Source of the DNA: Phycisphaerae bacterium
GTDB taxonomy: Bacteria > Planctomycetota > Phycisphaerae > UBA1845
Length of the DNA stretch: 64,000 bases
Assembly: GCA_963666835.2 (NCBI GenBank)
Contig: CAXXGO010000003.1
Span: 640,001-704,000, forward strand
Direction of reading: 5' to 3'
Below are positions 57,053 through 64,000 of this stretch, in pieces. The notes under the pieces are model-generated. The model did not search any database, was not told the origin of the DNA, and saw nothing but the letters and a program-made list of their open reading frames with translations. The translations under genes and the position numbers were made by a program. Numbering within the stretch: position 1 is the stretch's first letter; every line of letters starts with the position of its first letter.

Positions 57053-59590
57053 ATGACCAAAGAAGATGGTAACCCTCGAACACTTGAGGATCTGCTCGCT
57101 GAGCTACGGCGTCGCCTCCGAACCGTAGCTGCCGACGATTTGAGCGGACTGGCCAAGATGCACGGCATTTGCGAAACCGTCATCGAGAAGAACTCCCTTG
57201 CGGATGACGATGCAAGTTCGCGGATCTGCGATCTTGCCCGAACGATAGGAACGACCCTGGAGGCCCTAATCCTCGGAGAGTCCGAAGACGCCGCAGCGAG
57301 CTTAGCCTCGATAGGTGTGAACTTGGAGGCATTGACGGAGGTAGCAGCCACCAAGGCACCGGCGGCAACCGGTGATGAGGAACACCCAGAACCCTCCGCG
57401 GCGGCGCCAGTTGAACTAACCGACCAAGAGGTTGGCGCCAGACTGGACGCCGTGCTCGACACGACAGAGGATTCGGAGTCGACTGCGGCCGCAGGCGAAA
57501 GTACGGCTTCCGATCACCAGGCGGAGGAGTCCGCCGGCGTTCAGGAAGGGGCATTAACCGCGAGCACCGAAGGAGCATTCCCGGAGGAGCCCGAGCCGTA
57601 CCAAGCCGAACCTCTAGTAATCCAGGCCGGGGAAAGTGAATTCGTAAACGGGTTTCTTGAAGAAGCCCGCGAACATCTCGAAGCCATCGAAACGGCTCTG
57701 CTCGAAGTAGAGAACGCCCCAGACGACCCGGAGAAGATAGACTCTCTGTTTCGTCCGTTCCACACCATCAAGGGCATGGCCGGTTTCCTTAATCTCCGGG
57801 ACATTAACTGCCTCACTCACGAGGTTGAGACGCTCCTCGACCAGGGACGCAAGGGGAAACGTCCGGTGACTCCGGGCTTGATCGACATCGTCTTTGACGT
57901 GGTGGACATTCTCAAGGTCCAAATCGCGGCAATTGCCAATTGGATTGCCAACCCCGAAGGCGACACCATCCCGCAGCCACCGGTGGCGGAGATGATCGGC
58001 CGCCTGCGGAACGTAGTCTCCGGCCGAACTGAACTGGAAGGGCGCGAGCCAACCAGCGGAGCAGCCGACCAGAAGGTGGGCGAGAACCTCGTCGATCAAG
58101 GAGCCGTACCCAAAGAGGTGGTCGATTTCGCCGTCCAGAGCCAGCAAGCCGGCGAAGACGACAAGAAAGTCGGCGAGATTCTCGTCGGTATGGGCGCAAC
58201 CTCTGCCAAACAGGTCAGTCAGGCCTTGCGGCCACAGCAAAAAACACCGGCTGCACCGTCGGGCATAATCAAAGAGCAAGCAGCCCTAGCCGATCAGTCG
58301 ATTCGCATTGACACTGCCAAGCTGGATGGACTAGTCGACATGGTCGGAGAGTTGGTGATTGCTCAGACCCTGGTCGGCGCGAGCCCCCACATCAGTACCG
58401 ATGCGAAGCTCAGCAAGAACGTCGCTCACGCCGGGAAGATCGTGCGTGATGTACAGGAAATGGCCATGTCGATGCGGATGATCCCCATCGGCTCGACATT
58501 TCAGAAGATGGCTCGCCTGGTACGCGACGTCTCCCGTAAGGCGGGCAAGCAAGTTCAACTGAGCATCTCCGGCGAGGATACCGAGTTGGATAAGACGGTA
58601 ATCCAGCAGATCGGTGATCCGCTGGTGCACATGGTGCGCAATGCCGTGGATCACGGGATCGAGTCGGCAGATGGGCGACGGGCCGCGGGCAAACCCGAAA
58701 CGGGCCAGGTCCATCTTGGCGCGTTCCATCAAGGTGGGAACATCGTAATTGAGATCCGTGATGATGGACAAGGTCTCGACCCGGAACTGTTGAAAGCCAA
58801 GGCAATAGACAAGGGAGTCATCAGCCCACACGACGATCTGACCGACCAACAGGCCTACGGATTGATCTTCGCACCGGGCTTCTCCACCGCCGCGCAGGTA
58901 ACGGACATCTCCGGTCGCGGCGTGGGCATGGACGTCGTCAAACGGAACATCGAACAGCTTCGCGGCAAGGTAGAAATAACCTCGACAAAGGGTAAGGGGA
59001 CGACTTTCTGGATCCGCTTACCATTGACCTTGGCGATCATCGACGGAATGATCGTACGCGTTGGTTCAGAGCGTTTCATACTGCAAACCATCGGCGTCGA
59101 GCAGTCACTGCGGCCCAGGCCCGAGCAGATCACCAAGGTCCAGGACAAAGGCGAGATTCTCAATGTGCGCGGGCGCCTCATTCCACTGCTACAACTGGGG
59201 GCCATGTTCGGATACTCCAAGCGAGTCGACCCGTGCAAGGCGATGATCATAATCGCCAACAGTGATGATCAGCAGATCGGCCTGGTGGTGGACGAACTGA
59301 TCGGACAGCAGCAGGTAGTCATAAAACCGCTCGGCCGGCAGTTTGAGAGTCTCCGCGGAATCTCCGGGTCTGCCATCCTGGGGGACGGTCGGGTCGGTCT
59401 TATTCTGGAAATGACGGGGCTTTTGGCCCTGCACAATGAATGGCAAGTGCCGCCCATAGAAGCCGAAGTGCCCGATCCGACGCCGGCTGCAGAGTCCTTT
59501 GACACGGAGATTTCGGATCACGAGGAAATGGACAATACGACGGACGTAGAGGGCGAAGCGTTTCCGGAAGAAGCTGCGGCCCTTACATAG
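57053..59590 (+). CDS. cheA: Chemotaxis histidine kinase CheA
   Basis: Hpt LFRPFHTIKGMAG, LVDMVGELVI, HMVRNAVDHGIE, GFSTA..DISGRGVGMDVV, LPLTLAI, C-terminal CheW domain. Confidence 0.96.
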   Translation: MTKEDGNPRTLEDLLAELRRRLRTVAADDLSGLAKMHGICETVIEKNSLADDDASSRICDLARTIGTTLEALILGESEDAAASLASIGVNLEALTEVAATKAPAATGDEEHPEPSAAAPVELTDQEVGARLDAVLDTTEDSESTAAAGESTASDHQAEESAGVQEGALTASTEGAFPEEPEPYQAEPLVIQAGESEFVNGFLEEAREHLEAIETALLEVENAPDDPEKIDSLFRPFHTIKGMAGFLNLRDINCLTHEVETLLDQGRKGKRPVTPGLIDIVFDVVDILKVQIAAIANWIANPEGDTIPQPPVAEMIGRLRNVVSGRTELEGREPTSGAADQKVGENLVDQGAVPKEVVDFAVQSQQAGEDDKKVGEILVGMGATSAKQVSQALRPQQKTPAAPSGIIKEQAALADQSIRIDTAKLDGLVDMVGELVIAQTLVGASPHISTDAKLSKNVAHAGKIVRDVQEMAMSMRMIPIGSTFQKMARLVRDVSRKAGKQVQLSISGEDTELDKTVIQQIGDPLVHMVRNAVDHGIESADGRRAAGKPETGQVHLGAFHQGGNIVIEIRDDGQGLDPELLKAKAIDKGVISPHDDLTDQQAYGLIFAPGFSTAAQVTDISGRGVGMDVVKRNIEQLRGKVEITSTKGKGTTFWIRLPLTLAIIDGMIVRVGSERFILQTIGVEQSLRPRPEQITKVQDKGEILNVRGRLIPLLQLGAMFGYSKRVDPCKAMIIIANSDDQQIGLVVDELIGQQQVVIKPLGRQFESLRGISGSAILGDGRVGLILEMTGLLALHNEWQVPPIEAEVPDPTPAAESFDTEISDHEEMDNTTDVEGEAFPEEAAALT

Positions 59591-59603
59591 GAGATAACCT
59601 CCG

Positions 59604-60116
59604 ATGGAAACCACCGTGGAAGCTCCGGCAGCGACCCCGGCCGACAATGTCGCTGCCGACCTGAGCGGAAAGTACCTGACCTTCCGCTTGGCCGACGAGG
59701 AATACGGACTTGAAATCCTAAGAGTCCGCGAAATCATCGGCGTGATGGATATCACCCGAGTCCCGCAGACCCGCCCGTTCGTAGAAGGGGTCATCAACCT
59801 GCGCGGTAAAGTCATCCCAGTGGTCAATCTCCGGGTCAAGTTTGGCTTGCCCCGAGCAGAGTACACCGAAGAAACTTGCACAATTGTTGTCGATGTCGGA
59901 GAGTTGATGGGTATCATTGTGGATACCGTCGAAGAGGTCCATGACATTTCTGCGCAGGACATTGAACCGCCGCCGCGAATGAATGGGACTGTCGAAACAG
60001 GGTTCATCCTCGGTATGGGTAAGGTCGACGATGACGTGAAGATGCTGCTGGACATCGCCGAAGTTCTGACTTCCGAGGAGTTGGTGGTAGCCGAGCCGGC
60101 CGCCGCGTTATGCTGA
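59604..60116 (+). CDS. cheW: CheW
   Basis: KYLTF.L..EEYGL, VEGVINLRGKVIPV, GIIVDTV. Confidence 0.95.
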   Translation: METTVEAPAATPADNVAADLSGKYLTFRLADEEYGLEILRVREIIGVMDITRVPQTRPFVEGVINLRGKVIPVVNLRVKFGLPRAEYTEETCTIVVDVGELMGIIVDTVEEVHDISAQDIEPPPRMNGTVETGFILGMGKVDDDVKMLLDIAEVLTSEELVVAEPAAALC

Positions 60117-60162
60117 TCCGCGTGCGTTTCGTCTTTTGAAACCCAAGCGAGCCGGGTACGTC

Positions 60163-60639
60163 ATGCAGCAGGTTGTCGACATCGCGGACATCCAGGTTTC
60201 AAGCGATCCCCGGGTCACCCTGATCACCTACTCTCTGGGTAGCTGTATCGGCGTGACTATTTGGGATCCCCAAGTCCGGGTGGGCGGCATGATCCATTAC
60301 ATGCTCCCGGAAGCGTCTCTTTCGCCGGAGAAAGCGGAAGCGATCCCCGGAATGTTTGCTGACAGCGGAATCCCGCGGCTCTTTCGCGCCGCTTACGGAC
60401 TCGGCGCAACGAAGAAGAACTTGATCGTCAAGGTCGCCGGCGGATCGCAGTTGTTGGATGACAAGGGCACCTTCAACATCGGTAAACGCAATTATGTTAT
60501 GCTCCGTAAGATCTTCTGGAAGAACGGGATTCTTATTGACTCCGAGGACGTCGGTGGTTCCGTGAGTCGCACGCTGACGTTGGACATCGGCACCGGCGCA
60601 GTCGTCGTGCGAATCCGGCGAGAGGAGGTGCGATTATGA
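60163..60639 (+). CDS. cheD: Chemoreceptor glutamine deamidase CheD
   Basis: TYSLGSCIGV, GGMIHYMLP, KVAGG, IGKRN, EDVGG. Confidence 0.93.
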   Translation: MQQVVDIADIQVSSDPRVTLITYSLGSCIGVTIWDPQVRVGGMIHYMLPEASLSPEKAEAIPGMFADSGIPRLFRAAYGLGATKKNLIVKVAGGSQLLDDKGTFNIGKRNYVMLRKIFWKNGILIDSEDVGGSVSRTLTLDIGTGAVVVRIRREEVRL

Positions 60640-61526
60640 ACAGCACAGAAACCGCTCGGGGAATCGCGGACCGAGTCAGGACTCTGCCGGCGCTTCCCGA
60701 TACTGCGTTGCGGCTTATGGAGGTCATTAACAATCCACGCAGCACCGTTGACCAAATAGTCGACGTGATCAAGTACGATCAAGCCGTGACCGGTGAAGTG
60801 CTTAGACTCTGCAACTCCGCGTTCTTCGGGTTAGCCCGTAAGGTGGAATCGCTGAACGACGCCATGAAGTGCCTGGGCACGGTGAAAGTGCTTCAGCTTG
60901 TTATGTCGGTACACACCAACGCGATTCTCTCGCAGAAGCAGACGGGCTACGGACTCGAGCCGGGCGTCCTCTGGCGGCATTCCGTAGCCGTCGCCCTGGG
61001 GTCGTCCATGTTTGCCGGCCACCTGAAGCTTCCAAATATCAGTCTTGCCTTCACCGCCGGACTTCTTCACGATGTGGGAAAGACGATCCTAAACGAGTAT
61101 GTTGCTGAGGAGTACGGCGAGATTATCCGCCTGGTTACTGAAGAACGTCGCTCGTTCACGGAGGCGGAACATCAGGTGCTGGGATGCTCCCACGAGGAAG
61201 TCGGAGCGTTAGTAGGAGAGCGGTGGGATCTGCCGGACGCCATTGTCAAGTGTATTCGCTATCACCATGAGCCCGCGGCCTTGGATCCGCCGGATTCGCT
61301 GGTAGATGCCGTCTACCTGGCAAACAGCGTCTGCCTGCTTCTGGGCATAGGATTGGGGGAGGACGGATTATCGTATCGTGCCGACGATGCGGTTATGGAG
61401 CGTCACGGTCTCAAAGAGAGCGACCTTCAGGCTTTCGGAGCGCAGACGGTCGTCGAATTGAAGCGGGTTGAAAAGAGCTTTTCTGATGTCGGAACGGCCA
61501 ATCACTGCCAGACCCCGGCAAGCTAG
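60636..61526 (+). CDS. HDOD domain protein
   Basis: LPALP, LRLCNSAFFG, LWRHSVAVA, AGLLHDVGK, HEEVGA..WDLP, IRYHHEP. Confidence 0.93.
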   Translation: MNSTETARGIADRVRTLPALPDTALRLMEVINNPRSTVDQIVDVIKYDQAVTGEVLRLCNSAFFGLARKVESLNDAMKCLGTVKVLQLVMSVHTNAILSQKQTGYGLEPGVLWRHSVAVALGSSMFAGHLKLPNISLAFTAGLLHDVGKTILNEYVAEEYGEIIRLVTEERRSFTEAEHQVLGCSHEEVGALVGERWDLPDAIVKCIRYHHEPAALDPPDSLVDAVYLANSVCLLLGIGLGEDGLSYRADDAVMERHGLKESDLQAFGAQTVVELKRVEKSFSDVGTANHCQTPAS

Positions 61527-61540
61527 TAGGAGTTGCGACG

Positions 61541-61966
61541 ATGGCCCGGGACATTCTGCTTGTAGATGACTCGGCAACGATCCGTTCGATGGTCAAACGG
61601 ACCATCCAAATGATCGGCCTGGACGTGGGAGATATTCACGAGGCCCGCAATGGCATCGAGGCCCTGGCCTGCCTGGAGGACTACGATATCGCAGTTCTGC
61701 TTGTCGACATCAATATGCCAACGATGAATGGGATCCAGTTACTCACGCGCATGAAAGACAACGCTCGACTCAAGGACATCCCTATCGTTATTGCCTCCAC
61801 CGAAGGCAGCGAACAGAGAATTCAACAACTTTCGGATCTCGGAGTGTCCGGCTACGTTCGCAAGCCGTTCCAGCCCGAACAGCTACGCGACGTCCTGACG
61901 CCCATACTCGGAGTATTAGAAAATGCCGGAACAGAGAACAGCTACACTGACGACGATCTTTTCTGA
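61541..61966 (+). CDS. CheY-like response regulator
   Basis: ILLVDDS, DINMPTMNG, IASTEG, YVRKPF. Confidence 0.9.
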   Translation: MARDILLVDDSATIRSMVKRTIQMIGLDVGDIHEARNGIEALACLEDYDIAVLLVDINMPTMNGIQLLTRMKDNARLKDIPIVIASTEGSEQRIQQLSDLGVSGYVRKPFQPEQLRDVLTPILGVLENAGTENSYTDDDLF

Positions 61967-62393
61967 CGTCCTGGCCGACCTTGCCTTCATGTTCAATGAT
62001 GACAGCGACGAGGTTCAGTACTCGTCGGATGAACTATGGCTCGAGAGCTCCGTCAGCTACCGGGGGGTCGCCGCCGGGACCTTACGCCTTCGTTGCACAC
62101 GGACCTTCTCTGTGACCCTTGCCGCCAATCTTCTGGGAGTCGACCCGACCGATATTGACTCCGACGCCAAGGCGGACGATGCGGTCAAGGAATTCATGAA
62201 CATCGTCTGCGGTCAGCTCATTACCGCGTTGCACGGAACGGAGCACGTGTTCGACCTGACAATCCCCGAAATCCACGTACTACCCGAAATGCCCGACATG
62301 GAAGACGAAGGAACGGGGGAGACCGTGGCCATCACGGTCGAGGGACAGCAACTTCAGTTGGCCTACCTGGCGGGAGACGCCCCTCGGGAGTAA
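61923..62393 (+). CDS. CheX-like protein
   Basis: LAANLLG, DDAVKEFMNIVCG (ExxN motif), FDLTIP. Confidence 0.78.
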   Translation: MPEQRTATLTTIFSDVLADLAFMFNDDSDEVQYSSDELWLESSVSYRGVAAGTLRLRCTRTFSVTLAANLLGVDPTDIDSDAKADDAVKEFMNIVCGQLITALHGTEHVFDLTIPEIHVLPEMPDMEDEGTGETVAITVEGQQLQLAYLAGDAPRE

Positions 62394-62416
62394 TCCGCGG
62401 GCAGAGGAGTTCGGGG

Positions 62417-63259
62417 ATGATCACCGAGGTCAGAGACCTAACCAGGCAGGATTACGAACTATTCCGCAAACTGGTCTACGAGAAAAGCGGGATCAACCTC
62501 GGCGATCAGAAGATGCAGCTCGTTCGGGCCCGCCTCGGGAAGCGTGTGCGCCAGGACGGGTTCCCCTCTTTTCGCGCCTACTATGAGCACGTCGCCAACG
62601 ACCCTACCGGGGTGGAGCTGAGCGAGCTGCTGGATGCCATCTCCACCAACACCACTCATCTGTTTCGAGAGCCGAAGCACTTCGAGTTTCTTCACGCTCA
62701 ACTCACCCAATGGGCCTCCGACAGCAAATGGCGACATCAACATCGCACGGTGAGAATCTGGAGTGCCGCGTGCTCAAGCGGAGAAGAACCTCACTCCATC
62801 GCGATGACTGCATTCGATGCCCTCGGCAAATACCCCAATCTCGAACTCAGAATTCTGGCAACTGACATCTCGTCTCCGATGCTCACCCGTGCCCAACGCG
62901 CCGTTTATGACATGCATCGTGTCGGAACCGTACCGCGTGAGTACCAACTCCGTTTTCTCAAGAAAGTCGTGGTGGACGGTCAACAGTGTCTGCAACTCGC
63001 TCCCGAATTGCGCCGGCTTATCAAGGTCACCCGGTTCAACTTGATGAACAAGACCTTCCCATTCCGGAATCGGTTCGATATAATATTTTGCCGAAACGTA
63101 ATGATCTATTTTGACCGCCCCACTCAAGAGACCCTGGTTAGGAAGCTGACTGCAAACCTGCACGAGGACGGCGTTCTGCTGATCGGCCACTCCGAAAGCC
63201 TGACCAACCTCAAACATGAACTGGGCTACGTCCAACCGACGATATATCGCAAACAGTAG
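62417..63259 (+). CDS. cheR: Chemotaxis methyltransferase CheR
   Basis: STNTTHLFRE..HF, IWSAACSSGEEP, ILATDIS, DIIFCRNVMIYF, IGHSES. Confidence 0.96.
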   Translation: MITEVRDLTRQDYELFRKLVYEKSGINLGDQKMQLVRARLGKRVRQDGFPSFRAYYEHVANDPTGVELSELLDAISTNTTHLFREPKHFEFLHAQLTQWASDSKWRHQHRTVRIWSAACSSGEEPHSIAMTAFDALGKYPNLELRILATDISSPMLTRAQRAVYDMHRVGTVPREYQLRFLKKVVVDGQQCLQLAPELRRLIKVTRFNLMNKTFPFRNRFDIIFCRNVMIYFDRPTQETLVRKLTANLHEDGVLLIGHSESLTNLKHELGYVQPTIYRKQ

Positions 63260-63321
63260 ACCGCAGTGCGCCAGACGAACGCAACACGGTGATCATTCGT
63301 GTATGACTACTGAGGTTCAGA

Positions 63322-64000
63322 GTGAAGGCCCGCAATCCCATCAAGGTTCTGATTGTCGACGACTCGCTCGTGGTGCGGAAAATTCTCACCAAGGTCCTCA
63401 ATAACGAAGCCGATATCGAAGTCGTCGGGGGCGCCCCAGACCCCTTCTTTGCCCGTGAGCTGATCATCTGCCATCGTCCGGACGTGATTATCCTCGACAT
63501 CATCATGCCGCGGATGGACGGAATCACCTTCCTCAAAAAGTTGAAAGCCCACTATCCCGTTCCGGTCATCATCTGCAGCGGAGTGGCGCCGGCCAACAGT
63601 GCCCGAGCGTTGGAGGCTCTCGAAGCCGGGGCGATAGACGTGGTAGCCAAACCCAGTTGCGGCGGACCGGACGCCCTCCAGCAACTCGGCGAGGATCTCG
63701 CCGAGAAGATCCGGGCGGCCCACATAGCCCTGCCCGCCGCCCGCGCACCTGCTCCGCGACTGGTGACGCCACCGCGGCGGTTTCGTGACACGGGATTGGA
63801 TCCGAACCACACGCTCGTTGTTATCGGCGCTTCGACCGGCGGCACCGAGGCGATAAACGAGTTACTCTCAAACGTACCCGATGACTTTCCCCCCGTCGCC
63901 ATGGTTCAGCACATGCCCGCCGGGTTCACCAAGTCGTTCGCCGAACGCCTCGACCGCTTCAGCAGGCTGCAGGTCACCGAGGCGGTGGACGGTGACCATC
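63322..64000 (+). CDS. cheB: Chemotaxis methylesterase CheB (runs off the window)
   Basis: Manual translation from GTG 63322: KARNPIKVLIVDDSLVVRK...LDIIMPRMDG...IGASTGGTEA...VQHMPAGFT. Confidence 0.93.
   Translation, partial: MKARNPIKVLIVDDSLVVRKILTKVLNNEADIEVVGGAPDPFFARELIICHRPDVIILDIIMPRMDGITFLKKLKAHYPVPVIICSGVAPANSARALEALEAGAIDVVAKPSCGGPDALQQLGEDLAEKIRAAHIALPAARAPAPRLVTPPRRFRDTGLDPNHTLVVIGASTGGTEAINELLSNVPDDFPPVAMVQHMPAGFTKSFAERLDRFSRLQVTEAVDGDH

Overview
A GC-rich bacterial window with no rRNA, tRNA, CRISPR array or transposase that I can see. The gene content (ECF sigma/Ser-Thr kinase pair, many dockerin-tagged secreted proteins, PEP-CTERM and IPTL-CTERM proteins) suggests Planctomycetota, probably Phycisphaerae; this is an inference. 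From left to right: (1) a complex I-like operon ordered nuoI-A-B-C-D-H-J without nuoEFG; (2) cinA, an ATP-grasp gene and a HAD gene, all broken by a tight patch of inserted bases that looks like read error; (3) divergent queD and folE; (4) a TolC/MFP/MacB-type exporter operon; (5) a ~24 kb accessory island (16.2-40.6 kb) of secreted proteins around an ECF sigma + Ser/Thr kinase pair. The island encodes two proteins carrying both cohesin-like and dockerin-like modules (one a 2539-aa astacin/prenyltransferase-repeat/12xHYR giant), a signal-peptide-bearing phage-fibre-like protein with a putative autocleaving chaperone, a trypsin-like protease, a small dockerin-tagged partner, a beta-helix protein and a GH44, plus a REP-like inverted doublet and a candidate sRNA; (6) housekeeping genes with a probable 6S RNA, cheX-cheY, HU/IHF, pepA and system II cytochrome c biogenesis; (7) a degenerate macrodomain gene divergent from a cheA-W-D-HDOD-Y-X-R-B cluster. 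The best candidate for an undescribed system is the island: a non-cellulosomal cohesin-dockerin surface assembly. All domain calls are by-eye motif recognition; no searches were run.
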